Shown: positions 17,367-27,768, numbered from the stretch's first letter. The stretch is 60,787 nt of DNA from Bdellovibrionota bacterium (GCA_044351795.1 JBILFA010000006.1:1-60787); one strand, 5' to 3'. The notes: generated by a model not told the origin, from the sequence alone. A program made the numbers and translations.

Positions 17367-18293
17367 CTATGCACGGGCCAAGGTGAATACGGTAACCTCA
17401 GGGGGGCAATCGATTCGTATAGGAAGCCCCACGACCCCGAGACCACGAGAGGTGTACACGATCTTCTCGCCGAGGCGCACCATCCCGGCTATAAATCGAG
17501 GATCTCTAATCTGCCTCATGACGGCGCCCACATACGGTAGACAGATCTGCCCACCATGGGTGTGACCGCACAGGGCAAGGTCGAAGTGGTAATCGGGACG
17601 GAACGATAGGAGTGCTGAGATATAGTCAGGGTTGTGGCTGACGATGAGCCGGATATCCCGGCCTCGGCGGAGCTCGTCATGCGGGGGCCCCGTTGGAAGC
17701 CCGGTAAGAAAGTCGTCAACACCGAAGATTCGGAGAGTTTGATCCTTTCGTGAGATAATGCGCTCCTTGTTGATCAGGAGATCCACGCCTGGAAGAGAGC
17801 CGAAGATTGATACGAAGATCGACGTGGAGTTCCAATGATCGTGGTTCCCCGGCACGCCGATCGATCCGTCGGGGAACGAAAATCGGCTGAGCATGGAACC
17901 CAACTCGGTGTAGATTCGAGGGATGGCCTTTCGTGGGGCCTGTTCTGCCAATTCGTAGTTGCGAATGATCCCCGCTGTGCGCCACAGCGGATTGTCGTTG
18001 AGGAATATGTAGTCACCACCGAGCACGAGAAGATCAACCGATTCTTTTGCAAGGATCTCCAGGGATCGAATCACCCACTCGCTGGGTAGCCACATCCCAA
18101 GGTGTATGTCGGTGAGAAAGCCTATCTTGTATCCCTCGAAGGCTGACGGTAAATCGGTAATCGGCGCGCGCACGCGTTCCAGCGTGATTGCTCCCGTTTG
18201 ATCGTGGGCAAAGGTCGTGTATCCGGCCGTAGCGGCTACGAGACCGGTGCCGGTGCAGAGGCTTGAGCGAAGAAAGGCTCGACGAGATATCAT
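17367..18293 (-). CDS. Calcineurin-like metallophosphoesterase (YkuE/YaeI-like) with Tat signal
   Basis: SRRAFL twin-arginine motif; TDIH, GGDY, GNHD, SHNPD, GHTHGGQ. Confidence 0.9.
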   Translation of the reverse strand: MISRRAFLRSSLCTGTGLVAATAGYTTFAHDQTGAITLERVRAPITDLPSAFEGYKIGFLTDIHLGMWLPSEWVIRSLEILAKESVDLLVLGGDYIFLNDNPLWRTAGIIRNYELAEQAPRKAIPRIYTELGSMLSRFSFPDGSIGVPGNHDHWNSTSIFVSIFGSLPGVDLLINKERIISRKDQTLRIFGVDDFLTGLPTGPPHDELRRGRDIRLIVSHNPDYISALLSFRPDYHFDLALCGHTHGGQICLPYVGAVMRQIRDPRFIAGMVRLGEKIVYTSRGLGVVGLPIRIDCPPEVTVFTLARA

Positions 18294-18328
18294 AATTTCA
18301 TGTCACATCACATCGAGTGGCATACTGC

Positions 18329-18886
18329 TCAGCCTACAAGCGCTTGTTCTTTTCTAGCGCGCCATGCAGAGCGGGAACGATGACTTCGGACCGCCATCGC
18401 CCAACCTCCCGATCGGATCCAAATATTGAGGGTCGGAATGTCAGGATGACGTGCCTCTAGGGCGCGGAATTCAACGCCATGCCACAAACGTCTACCGCCA
18501 GCAGAGGTAACATCCTCGCCCAAGACGGCATGGCACAGCTCATGGTACAAAACAGGTGCTATCCAGCGCACTGCTGAGGGCTCGAAGAGCTCTTTTGCGA
18601 CCACAACCCGGTGTCGTCGCACGTTGCATGACGCCAGAACTCGTTTCTGCTGCCTCGCACTCCAAGCGACCGTGTAAGAGTCGAGGTCGGCTCTATCCGG
18701 ATAGTACTCCTTGCGGAGCTCTGTCCACACTTGATGGAGAAAAGGATCGCTGACCGAGGCACGGGGGTGTGTTTTTCGGCGTGTACGCGTTTTCCGTTTC
18801 GTTCCTAATATGAGCTCAATTCGACGTAAGATCCTCACTGTCAGCACATCCATCAAACACAGGGGGAACGCCCGGCTCCCCGACAA
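18329..18886 (-). CDS. SprT/M48-like zinc metallopeptidase domain protein
   Basis: VLYHELCH zinc motif followed by 'HGVEFRALE'. Start uncertain. Confidence 0.7.
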   Translation of the reverse strand: MSGSRAFPLCLMDVLTVRILRRIELILGTKRKTRTRRKTHPRASVSDPFLHQVWTELRKEYYPDRADLDSYTVAWSARQQKRVLASCNVRRHRVVVAKELFEPSAVRWIAPVLYHELCHAVLGEDVTSAGGRRLWHGVEFRALEARHPDIPTLNIWIRSGGWAMAVRSHRSRSAWRARKEQALVG

Positions 18887-18888
18887 GA

Positions 18889-19440
18889 CTACATATCATC
18901 ATCCTTCAGGTCGATGAAGAAGATCCCTGCCAGAAAGTCTACAGCCTCATCCACACATACTCCGCCGTATGCGCCGACCAGAAGGATGTCTGCACCGAAA
19001 CCGACCTCACCGGGACACGGATTGCGCTCTTTGGACTCGATAAAGAGTGGGCTGATTCCCATCTCATTGGTGGCTTCAACCACGATCGGCATCTGACGTC
19101 CGAAATCGCCGATACGTAGAGAAGCGGGAAGCATTTGACGGTAGCCAGCCTGAGCGTACTCGGTTACCCGCACCACTCCACCCACGGCGGGTCCGACGCC
19201 GACATCGACGCGAAACACGTCGATCAGATCGAGTACGCGGTTTGGAACCCACAGCAGAACGTGGCACCACCACGGAGTCCCGTCGTTCTCTTGCGTGGGT
19301 CTGAATTCGCCCCACGGCTCCTTTGGACTGGTTGGTACGGCCTCATAACCTTCTCCGAGCGGCGCTGTTTGAGCAGACGCAGTGGTTGTAATGAGGGCGA
19401 TACAGCAGGCCGTTGTGAAGGTAATAAGTAGTGCTCGCAT
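18889..19440 (-). CDS. Exported hypothetical protein
   Basis: Signal peptide ending ASA-Q; amphipathic beta-strand segments. Confidence 0.65.
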   Translation of the reverse strand: MRALLITFTTACCIALITTTASAQTAPLGEGYEAVPTSPKEPWGEFRPTQENDGTPWWCHVLLWVPNRVLDLIDVFRVDVGVGPAVGGVVRVTEYAQAGYRQMLPASLRIGDFGRQMPIVVEATNEMGISPLFIESKERNPCPGEVGFGADILLVGAYGGVCVDEAVDFLAGIFFIDLKDDDM

Positions 19441-19609
19441 ACATTGAGGCTATCATTACACAGAGTGGCGGGTATAGGGTCTTTTCGTCTTGTTGCCTTA
19501 ACTGCTCTGAGGGAACAAAGGCACCGCAGTAGAGATTTTGGGGAGCGCCGAGCCGATGCAAAAGTCGTTACGTCAAGTCGAGAATATGCACAATTAGCAG
19601 ACGGCTTGG

Positions 19610-20887
19610 TTAGTGACTTTTCTCGATGATCGCGATGAGCTCACTGTGGTACGTCTGGGGAAACATGTCGAGCACCTTTACGTCTACGAGCTCGTATCCG
19701 CGCTCGTGCAGTATCTGGGCATCACGAGCAAATGTGGGCGGATAGCAGCTTACATAAAGGAGCCGTGGTGAGATATCTACCGAGAGGTGTTGGCATACCT
19801 CGAGTGCGCCGCTGCGCGGCGGATCGAGAACGACAGTGGCGTCCGGCGTGTTCTTCTCTACCCACTTCTCGCAGCTCTTGGTGTGGAACGTGAGGCGATC
19901 CGCTACACCAGCCGCGACAGCCCGCGCCTGCCCGAAGGTAACGAGTTGTGGATCTAACTCAACCGCTGTGACTGTGTGGCCGGCTTTCGCTAGCGGAATC
20001 GAGATGTTGCCCGCTCCGGCATAGAGGTCTGTTACTCGATCGGTCGTTACAAGGGATGTAAGATATTCCAACATCAATTCGTTGGCGCGCTCGTTGTTTT
20101 GAGAGAAGTGGCCCACCGGCGGCGCATCGCTCGCGCGCGCCTCGGGCCGATATATCGTCTTGTGGCGATAGTTCACCTGAATGTTAGGAACCCGCCTTTC
20201 GAGCTCTTTGAATGCAGCCTTAGGAAGTAGCGTCGCCAAGGCCTCCGCATTTTTCGGATGGACTTCGAGAGCAACGAAGATCGTACCATCGTGATCCTCC
20301 ACCGTCACTGTTTCTATCTCGGGCGCGCATTCTTTGACGAGATCGAGATTTTCCCCGAGGAACGCATTGATAGGAGGGGTAGAGATCGGACAGTGATCGA
20401 TCTCGATAACCTGTCGACCGTTCTTGCGGTAAAGGCCGAACTCACGCTTCTTGTTGATATGAAAAGACATCCGGCGGCGATACTCGAATCCGGGAAGGTC
20501 GGGCCCAAGTACGGACACGCCATCACGAGCGACGATTCCTCCGTGTATCTTCAGAAGATCTTCGACCATCGACGCTTTGAATTGACGCTGAGCACTAAGC
20601 TCGATGTGCTGGAGGTCACAGCCTCCGCATTGTCCAAAGACAGGGCATGGGGGAGGGACTCGCGCCGGAGCCGTTCGTTGAATCGCGACCAGCTCAGCAT
20701 TCACAAAGCTCTTCTTGTTCTGCTGAACCGTGGCCGTGACACGTTCGCCCGGGATAGTGTAGGGAATGAAGGCCTTTTTGCCGGCGACGTCTTCGGGCGC
20801 TACGACCGTACCGACACAGCTTCCGCCGGAGGCAAGGGCTGTAATTTCCACTGTAAGTTCTCGAGCTGGGGAGGGAACGTGTGCCAT
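19610..20887 (-). CDS. 23S rRNA m5U methyltransferase, RlmD/TrmA family
   Basis: TRAM domain, CPVFGQCGGC Fe-S motif, FSQNN, DLYAGAG, LDPPRSG, YVSC, DMFPQTYHSE. Confidence 0.92.
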   Translation of the reverse strand: MAHVPSPARELTVEITALASGGSCVGTVVAPEDVAGKKAFIPYTIPGERVTATVQQNKKSFVNAELVAIQRTAPARVPPPCPVFGQCGGCDLQHIELSAQRQFKASMVEDLLKIHGGIVARDGVSVLGPDLPGFEYRRRMSFHINKKREFGLYRKNGRQVIEIDHCPISTPPINAFLGENLDLVKECAPEIETVTVEDHDGTIFVALEVHPKNAEALATLLPKAAFKELERRVPNIQVNYRHKTIYRPEARASDAPPVGHFSQNNERANELMLEYLTSLVTTDRVTDLYAGAGNISIPLAKAGHTVTAVELDPQLVTFGQARAVAAGVADRLTFHTKSCEKWVEKNTPDATVVLDPPRSGALEVCQHLSVDISPRLLYVSCYPPTFARDAQILHERGYELVDVKVLDMFPQTYHSELIAIIEKSH

Positions 20888-21033
20888 ACGACAGCGGATG
20901 GTATCACCGCTTGCTCGACAGATCAAAATGCAGACTGAAGAGCGAGGTGCCCATAACCCGCTAAACTCGGAAGCGCCGCTTTTTTGAACGCAGCACTGGT
21001 TTGCTGCCCTGTATCTTTGATACCCTCATAAAT

Positions 21034-21684
21034 ATGGCTCCCTCGACGCTTGCTCCCCATACGATCCTGGTGCACGGACTCGCGCGTTCCTGGTACGACA
21101 TGTACCTACTTTCGCGTCGCCTGAGGCGGCTCTTGCCCGGTACCGCTATTCACCTCTTTGATTATCGATCTCGCAAATACCCGCTATCCGAGCTGGCTCT
21201 TCATCTGAACGATTTTGTAGGGAAGGTCTCACAGGGAGATCCGGTTTCCTTCGTGGGGCATTCCCTGGGAGGAATACTGGTGCGAGCTCTCGATCAGCAA
21301 GGTTCCACCCGAGCGCCATTGCACCGATTGGTTACACTGGGGTCGCCGCACGGGGGCGCAACGATCGCGCGCATCCTGAAGCAATACTCAACCTGTCGAG
21401 CTATCTTTGGTCCGGCCTTGGGGGAGCTCGCGGCCCTTAAACTTGATGCGCACCCTCGACAGCTCGAGATAGGATGTGTGGTCGGTGGGACGGGGCATCG
21501 ATGGGGTTTCTTCCCGCTGTTCGGAGAGGACAATGACGGAGTCGTACTGGTGCGTGAGGCGAGGCAGATTAGTAGTAAAGAGATCCGTACCGAGCGAGTC
21601 CTCCACGCGTATATGCCGTTTAGTTCGCGTATCGCAGATCTTTCCGCTCGTTTTCTGGGTACAGGTTCGTTTGGAACTATCTGA
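21034..21684 (+). CDS. Alpha/beta hydrolase (lipase/esterase-like)
   Basis: LVHGL, GHSLG, TLGSPH, NDGVV and a C-terminal His. Confidence 0.88.
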   Translation: MAPSTLAPHTILVHGLARSWYDMYLLSRRLRRLLPGTAIHLFDYRSRKYPLSELALHLNDFVGKVSQGDPVSFVGHSLGGILVRALDQQGSTRAPLHRLVTLGSPHGGATIARILKQYSTCRAIFGPALGELAALKLDAHPRQLEIGCVVGGTGHRWGFFPLFGEDNDGVVLVREARQISSKEIRTERVLHAYMPFSSRIADLSARFLGTGSFGTI

Positions 21685-21813
21685 GCAGCTCTGCTCTGTT
21701 CTTACTGTGCAAATAACGGCTGCGCGGATATAAATTGTTGAGTGTACGTAGCTTGCGGGGCCACCGATTGGATCGTTAGTCGGTGTAGGGCTGTTTTTGT
21801 GTAGGAGGAGTTT

Positions 21814-22812
21814 ATGAAGCGTGTTGTTCTTGCTCTATTCGTGTTCGCGCTCACTCTGGTCTCTGTTGATTTAGCGACAGCTCAGACTACCGACCCGCTT
21901 CCATCATGGAACGATGGTAAGGCTAAACAGTCAATCATCGACTTCGTACGAAAGGTGACACAGGAGTCCTCCGCTGACTTCGTCCCACCCGCGGAGCGCA
22001 TAGCTACCTTCGATAACGACGGCTGTCTCTGGGCAGAGCAGCCGATGTATTTTCAACTTCTCTTCGCTCTCGACCGCGTTAAAGCCCTTGCACCTCAGCA
22101 TCCCGAATGGCGAGACAAGGAACCCTTTGCCTCACTACTCAAGGGTGATGTGAAAGGGGCGCTCGCAGGCGGAGAGCACGCGATGGTCCAAATCGTCATG
22201 GCGACGCACGCTGGGATGACCACTGCGGAGTTCGAAGCTATCGTAAAAGAGTGGATTGCAGAAGCAAAACACCCCACGACAAGGCGGCTTTACACGGAGA
22301 TGGTCTATCAACCGATGCTCGAAGTTATAGCCTACCTGCGCGCTAACGATTTTAAGACGTTCATCGTTTCCGGCGGCGGTGTCGAGTTCATGCGTCCGTG
22401 GGTAGAGAGGGTCTATGGTATTCCTCCCGAGCAGGTCGTAGGGAGTAGCATCAAGACCAGATTCGAAATGCGCGATGGTACGCCTGTTTTGGTGCGCCTC
22501 GCCGAGTTGAACTTCATCGACGACAAGGAAGGTAAGCCCATAGGCATACACTCGCACATCGGACGTCGTCCTATCGCCTCGTTTGGCAACTCAGATGGAG
22601 ATCTGCAGATGTTGCAGTGGACTACAGCGGGGGAGGGGACACGCTTTGCTCTCCTGCTCCGGCATACCGACGGAGAACGCGAATGGGCTTACGACCGCAA
22701 CTCCAGTATCGGTCGTTTGGACAAGGGCCTCGACCAGGCGCAAGCAAGAGGCTGGACGGTTGTTGATATGAAAAAGGACTGGAAGGTCATCTATTCCGAT
22801 GAGCAGAGGTAG
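21814..22812 (+). CDS. Exported HAD-family acid phosphatase-like hydrolase
   Basis: AGGAGGAG SD, signal peptide, DPLPSWNDG, FDNDG, IVSGGG, GNSDGD. Confidence 0.9.
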   Translation: MKRVVLALFVFALTLVSVDLATAQTTDPLPSWNDGKAKQSIIDFVRKVTQESSADFVPPAERIATFDNDGCLWAEQPMYFQLLFALDRVKALAPQHPEWRDKEPFASLLKGDVKGALAGGEHAMVQIVMATHAGMTTAEFEAIVKEWIAEAKHPTTRRLYTEMVYQPMLEVIAYLRANDFKTFIVSGGGVEFMRPWVERVYGIPPEQVVGSSIKTRFEMRDGTPVLVRLAELNFIDDKEGKPIGIHSHIGRRPIASFGNSDGDLQMLQWTTAGEGTRFALLLRHTDGEREWAYDRNSSIGRLDKGLDQAQARGWTVVDMKKDWKVIYSDEQR

Positions 22813-22825
22813 GCGCCTCGTATCC

Positions 22826-24541
22826 TCAGGTCTCTGTGTCGCCTTCCCATGCATCGAGCAGCTTCTTGAGGAGACGCTCGCCGGTGGCCTGGTAGAGGGG
22901 TACACGTTCGTCGTACGACGGAAGTAGCTCAACCAATTTTGACAGGACGAATCCATACAAGGTGGTCTGAGTGCGTCCGCGCTGCTCCAAGAGCTGCCGC
23001 GCTGATTCGAGTACTTCGCACGCGTCTGTGGTATCGCCTGCCTTTTGCATATAGCGGGCCTGCCGCAACATCAGCTGGGCTTTGACGAAGCCCCGACGTT
23101 CGCCGTTTGAACGTTCGAATTGGGCCAACAGTTTATTGTATAACACGACTCCCTTCTTCGGATCGGCATCTTCGCTGTCGATTTTGAGTGATGTCATCTG
23201 GACCTCCTCATTCGAGAACGGAGCATCCTCAGGACGGAAGTGATCAAGAAGCTCATATAGGTTACGAAGATGCTCCTGCGCGCGCGCCGGGTCTTGCGAC
23301 GCCAGAGTGGATGCCAGCATCTTGTGCAGCGATGCCTGTTGCCGTATGCCGCGTACCCCGTCGATCTTGCAGGCTTCCATGAGCGCTTTTTCAAGGAGAG
23401 AGACGGCTCGTTGTGTTGCACCGCGGCCCGCATAACCGAGGGCTAACGCCTCTGCGAGAGCGATCTTCAGTTCGGGAGCGAGTTCGTCGCCGAGTTCCTC
23501 ACGCACTCCATCGAGTAGCAGTGTTGCCTCTCTATAGAGTCCGAAGTCTTGATAGGCTTTCGCCAAGTCTATAGTTGCGGACACGAGGTGCTCAGGCACG
23601 GCGTTCTCGCGTGCGAATGCTATGTTGGTTTGCAGCAGCATTTCAGCCCGTTCGAACTTTCCGAAGCTTAGTAATGCTTCCGCCGCTTTTTGTCGTACGT
23701 TGATAGCGGCTGCGCTATTCTCACCGTGTTTCTTGATCGCTCGAGCCAGAGCATGCTCACGTTGACGGGTCGCTTTATCGAAATACCCAGCTGCCTCGTC
23801 GATCTCTACACTTATCAAAATAAAGTGTTCGACGTGCTTTTCATCGAGCTGACCAGTTGACTGAACGAGATCAAGCCCCACGGATACGAGTCCGGAAGCC
23901 GCTTTGAATCGTCCCGCGTGACCCTCTTTGCAGCCCCCATCGATCAGTGCCAAACCGAGCCTGAGTCTGGTAGAGTTATCAGTATCGACTTGTATCTCTC
24001 CCATCGCCTCTGCCATGAGGCGTGAGTAGTGCGGCTCTCCGCTCTCGAGAAGGGCGCTGCGAGCCATCCCCATCAGTATTGAAACCCGGCTAGGGAGATC
24101 GCTCTTCATAGCATCCATCAATTGAGACCAGAAGACCTGAGCATAATCGGGTTTGTTGATCTCGTTCAGAAGGTCGGCTTGTCGAACCCAGAGTAGATGT
24201 AGAAGTAGGTTGCCATCGACATATGCATGACTTGAACTTGCCAGAGAGATAGCCGAGCCCATCTCTTTCTCTGCTCTGGTATAGTCACCTAATTTTAAGG
24301 CGATCTCGGCCGAAAGAGCTCGTGCGAGTGGGAGCAGAGGATCTGCGCGAGGGCAGTCGCTGTCCGCTATCTCTACGGCTCGCTCTACGTGCTTCTCTGC
24401 TCTCACATAATCCATTCGCTCAAGGCACGCTTCAGCCTGAGTCAGGTATTTTTCGACCAGGTCACGGGGACTTGAGATATTCAACTGTCCGTCTGCATCG
24501 TTGGCCGATGATGGACGGAAGTGTCGTTCGGGTTGTCTCAT
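22826..24541 (-). CDS. TPR-like helical repeat protein
   Basis: Repeated 'A..L...G.Y..AE.....A' helical units across 571 aa. Confidence 0.7.
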   Translation of the reverse strand: MRQPERHFRPSSANDADGQLNISSPRDLVEKYLTQAEACLERMDYVRAEKHVERAVEIADSDCPRADPLLPLARALSAEIALKLGDYTRAEKEMGSAISLASSSHAYVDGNLLLHLLWVRQADLLNEINKPDYAQVFWSQLMDAMKSDLPSRVSILMGMARSALLESGEPHYSRLMAEAMGEIQVDTDNSTRLRLGLALIDGGCKEGHAGRFKAASGLVSVGLDLVQSTGQLDEKHVEHFILISVEIDEAAGYFDKATRQREHALARAIKKHGENSAAAINVRQKAAEALLSFGKFERAEMLLQTNIAFARENAVPEHLVSATIDLAKAYQDFGLYREATLLLDGVREELGDELAPELKIALAEALALGYAGRGATQRAVSLLEKALMEACKIDGVRGIRQQASLHKMLASTLASQDPARAQEHLRNLYELLDHFRPEDAPFSNEEVQMTSLKIDSEDADPKKGVVLYNKLLAQFERSNGERRGFVKAQLMLRQARYMQKAGDTTDACEVLESARQLLEQRGRTQTTLYGFVLSKLVELLPSYDERVPLYQATGERLLKKLLDAWEGDTET

Positions 24542-24778
24542 GCTAAATAGTGTACCTTAATTTCTAACCTTACCGAAGAGGTGCGCTCAGGGGTGAAATG
24601 TAGGGCACTTACATGAATAATCGCGGATCAAAGTAGCCTCCTGGACCGGAACACCAAAGAACAATTTGCCTGCGCTTATTTTCATTCCCTCGCCATTTAT
24701 CTCATCCCGTCGTGTCGCATTCTGTTGTACAATCATCGTGAAGTAATAACGTGATGCAACTGTATGCGAGGCAGTCAT

Positions 24779-25003
24779 ATGGCGAATGAAATAATTAAAA
24801 AACAGATCGAGGCGGCTTTGAGCCATTCGGAAGCGGAAGACGGATTGTATTTCAATAATCTTATTGTGGTGCACGAAGAGGAAGAGAGGCCGATTGTTGT
24901 GGGAGAAGAGTCCGAGATACTGGCGGCGCTCAACCAGATGATCGACCAGGGACGGGTTATAGTCACCCCATCTGCTAGTGAGAAGATTTATCGCTTGGCG
25001 TAG
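24779..25003 (+). CDS. Small hypothetical protein, possible winged-helix-like fold
   Basis: GAGG SD; 74 aa; 'ESEILAALNQMIDQGRVIV...KIYRL' ending. Confidence 0.55.
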   Translation: MANEIIKKQIEAALSHSEAEDGLYFNNLIVVHEEEERPIVVGEESEILAALNQMIDQGRVIVTPSASEKIYRLA

Positions 25004-25080
25004 TGATGCTCTCGTTATGTACTCGCGAATTGTCCAGCGCGTTTTTTACGTTGCTGCGATCGCAATCCCTCTATGAGCGC

Positions 25081-25497
25081 TTATGCGTCAGGGTACGCCA
25101 TCTTGAGGAGCTCACCGTAGTGTCTACACACATCAGTTGTAGTGAGAATACCGACCAGTTTTCCATTCCGGGTAACGAGCGTTGATCCGATTCGTCTTTC
25201 GGTCATGTGAAACATTACCTGGTCGAGAGGTGTGTCGTATTCAACGATATACGCTTCGAGGTTGCACACATCACCTACATGCAGAGGTTCCTCGCTCGCC
25301 GAGTTTCCGAGAACGGCGAATGCGAGTTTAAGGTCACGGTCTGAGAGAACACCAACCAGTCTACCTTCTGAAGTCACAGGAAGATGCCGCACTCCCTGAC
25401 TCTCCATGACTGCGCGTGCTTCCTGCACTGAACGAGACGCCTCGATAGTGTACGGGAACGGGGTCATTACGGAGTCAACATGGGGCATCGGTTTCAT
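25081..25497 (-). CDS. CBS domain pair protein
   Basis: 'VRHLPV..EGRLVGVLSDRDL' and 'IGSTLV..NGKLVGILTTTD'. Confidence 0.9.
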   Translation of the reverse strand: MKPMPHVDSVMTPFPYTIEASRSVQEARAVMESQGVRHLPVTSEGRLVGVLSDRDLKLAFAVLGNSASEEPLHVGDVCNLEAYIVEYDTPLDQVMFHMTERRIGSTLVTRNGKLVGILTTTDVCRHYGELLKMAYPDA

Positions 25498-25610
25498 AAT
25501 CACGATATCGGTTCCTTGAAATCCTCTTCTCTTGTAAACGTACTTCGGGCTTCCGTCCATGCGAAGGGCCATATCCGTGCCCGAGGTATCTGCCTGAAAA
25601 TACCCTTAAC

Positions 25611-25637
25611 TGATCGGTCTTGAAAGCGAAAACCTTA
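25611..25637 (-). promoter_or_regulatory. Sigma28-like promoter upstream of the CBS gene
   Basis: Minus strand reads TAAG-N15-ACCGATCA. Confidence 0.35.
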
Positions 25638-25643
25638 ATAGCT

Positions 25644-25668
25644 AATGCGCGTAGCCGCTTCGCGCATT
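25644..25668. terminator. Hairpin, possible terminator
   Basis: AATGCGCG/CGCGCATT 8-bp stem downstream of the 25712-26098 gene. Confidence 0.4.
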
Positions 25669-25711
25669 GAGCGACGTTATGAGGGGTAATAGGCCGAGTA
25701 CACGGAGCTTG

Positions 25712-26098
25712 TCACCTGGGACGAGTTTGTCCGAGAGTGGTAGGCGGAGCGCCTGCTGCGTTACGGGGAGACCGTCCGGCAGCGCCGATTGGAGAACCTC
25801 CAGCTGCCCCAACAGGGGGTTGTCCGGCTGCGGGGCCGGGTCGGCCTCCTCTATAGGGCATCGGAGGTCGGCCTGTACTTGGGCCCGGGTAAGGCATCTC
25901 ATTCCCTGTGCAGTCTCCCGCGATGCGCGGGTCACAGATCGGAACGGTGAGCCATTGATCCTCTTCACACACGAAGAGCGGCTCTCCCTCTGACGTCGCT
26001 CCGACAACGCGGCACGAGTCGGGTTGAGCTGCGACCATAGGTGGAAAGACCACGCTGAAAGCCACGATGATGATCCACAGTAGAGGTGTGTTGCGCAT
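25712..26098 (-). CDS. Small secreted protein with 4-Cys domain and Pro/Gly-rich tail
   Basis: Signal peptide (VAA-Q), four Cys, low-complexity C-terminal half. Confidence 0.55.
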   Translation of the reverse strand: MRNTPLLWIIIVAFSVVFPPMVAAQPDSCRVVGATSEGEPLFVCEEDQWLTVPICDPRIAGDCTGNEMPYPGPSTGRPPMPYRGGRPGPAAGQPPVGAAGGSPIGAAGRSPRNAAGAPPTTLGQTRPR

Positions 26099-26107
26099 AA
26101 ATCTCTC

Positions 26108-26767
26108 TTAGAGGGAGAAGATTATATCGTGAAGCTCTCGATACGAACGAACGATATGGCTCGGCTTGGCGGCTTCGAGCCGGGATAGGGGGCAGAATTG
26201 ATCGTTCTCTCCTGGACAGAAGGCCACCGTAGTAACGCCTGCGGCATGTCCTGCGTGTATATCCATCGGTGAATCTCCGAACATTATCGCCTCGGAGGGA
26301 TCTACCTCCATTAACTCGAGGGCCTTGTGCAGAGAGTCTGGATGAGGTTTGCCTTGAGGTACATGATCGATAGCCACGACCGCGTGGAAGGAATCCATCA
26401 CTCCCCAACGCTCAAGGGCAACGGAGATGTGACCCAGCCGAGAATTGGTGGCCACTCCGGCTTTGACTGAAGATGTTTTGAACGTTTTAAGCGTATCCAT
26501 AAATCCCGGGTATGGATCGACTAGACACATGCGCTCCTTGACTCCGCTCCATACAGATTCACGGAAAGCATGAGCATCGGAGATGGCGAGTTCGCGAAGC
26601 ACCTCAGCGGTGTCACGAGAGAAGCACATCTCAATTACTTCGGGTAGTTCTCTGTGCTGTCCGAACTCAGCCAGAGCGCTCTGATAGGCACAGGCCCAGT
26701 GAGGTAACGAGATACCCATCGTCCCGTCGAAGTCGAAGATTACACCCTTAGTGCGCGTGCTGTTCAT
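26108..26767 (-). CDS. HAD-IA phosphatase (PGP/PpaX-like)
   Basis: FDFDGT, ATN, KPHPD, GDS..DI.AG..AG. Confidence 0.9.
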   Translation of the reverse strand: MNSTRTKGVIFDFDGTMGISLPHWACAYQSALAEFGQHRELPEVIEMCFSRDTAEVLRELAISDAHAFRESVWSGVKERMCLVDPYPGFMDTLKTFKTSSVKAGVATNSRLGHISVALERWGVMDSFHAVVAIDHVPQGKPHPDSLHKALELMEVDPSEAIMFGDSPMDIHAGHAAGVTTVAFCPGENDQFCPLSRLEAAKPSHIVRSYRELHDIIFSL

Positions 26768-26838
26768 ATAGCCTTGAGTATGCCACTCGTTGCGTTGCCG
26801 TGCACACTATCTGTGTCATAGGCGCCGTTGTGCTCGTT

Positions 26839-27768
26839 TTATCCCTCATTTGTCTCGGGAAACATACTAGGAAGTGAGAGGTAGCGCTCGCCGGTGTCGT
26901 AGCAGAAGGTCAAAATCGTAGATTTCGGCTTGAGCTCCGGCAGTTTCTTGTTTACCGCTGCTAGCGATGCCCCGGATGATATACCGATAAACATCCCCTC
27001 TTCACGAGCCGCTCTTTTTGCAAACGAGATAGCCTCCTCCGCTTCTATCTGGATAACGCCGTCGAGAATTCCCGTGTCGAGGTTTTTAGGAATGAATCCT
27101 GCGCCGATACCCTGAATCGGGTGTGGTGACGGTTGCCCACCGCTAATAACGGGTGAGGCAGCAGGCTCTACTGCGAATACCCGGAGTTCGGGGAAGCGCT
27201 CTTTGAGCACCCGCGCACAGCCGGTGATGTGACCGCCGGTGCCGACACCGGTAATGAGATAGTCGATCCCTTCCGGAAACGCCTTCAGAATCTCCTCGGC
27301 CGTAGTACGTTCGTGAACCTCAATATTGGAGGGGTTATCAAATTGCTGGGGCATCCAGCTTCCTGGGGTATTGCCAGCAAGCTCTGTTGCTTTTTCTATA
27401 GCGCCTCGCATGCCCTTTTCGCGAGGAGTAAGGATGAATTCGGCTCCGTATGCCGCCATAATCTTACGACGCTCGACGGACATCGATTCCGGCATTACGA
27501 GGATGAGTCGATATCCTTTGACGGCCGCTACCATAGCGAGACCAATGCCGGTGTTTCCAGAAGTGGGCTCGATGATGATTCCTCCTTTCTGAAGTCTGCC
27601 GCTGGCCTCAGCGTCGGAGACCATAGCCAGGGCGATACGATCCTTGATACTGCCGCCGGGGTTGGAACGCTCCAGCTTAATCCATACAGCGCACGAGGTG
27701 TTGTAGAGCTTGTTGATTCGGACGTGAGGGGTGCTGCCTATCGTGTCGAGAATGGTGTGTGCCTTCAT
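26839..27768 (-). CDS. cysK: Cysteine synthase A
   Basis: [42 protein letters not shown]. Confidence 0.95.
   Translation of the reverse strand: MKAHTILDTIGSTPHVRINKLYNTSCAVWIKLERSNPGGSIKDRIALAMVSDAEASGRLQKGGIIIEPTSGNTGIGLAMVAAVKGYRLILVMPESMSVERRKIMAAYGAEFILTPREKGMRGAIEKATELAGNTPGSWMPQQFDNPSNIEVHERTTAEEILKAFPEGIDYLITGVGTGGHITGCARVLKERFPELRVFAVEPAASPVISGGQPSPHPIQGIGAGFIPKNLDTGILDGVIQIEAEEAISFAKRAAREEGMFIGISSGASLAAVNKKLPELKPKSTILTFCYDTGERYLSLPSMFPETNEG

Noticed and set aside
25642-25714. TGA readthrough or frameshift extension of the Pro/Gly-rich secreted ORF
   Set aside because: No SECIS-like hairpin directly after the TGA, and the downstream frames are not protein-like.
18314-26789. 13-mer CGAGTGGCATACT shared by two intergenic regions
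   Set aside because: Some 13-mer matches are expected by chance in 60 kb, and the orientation relative to the adjacent genes differs.
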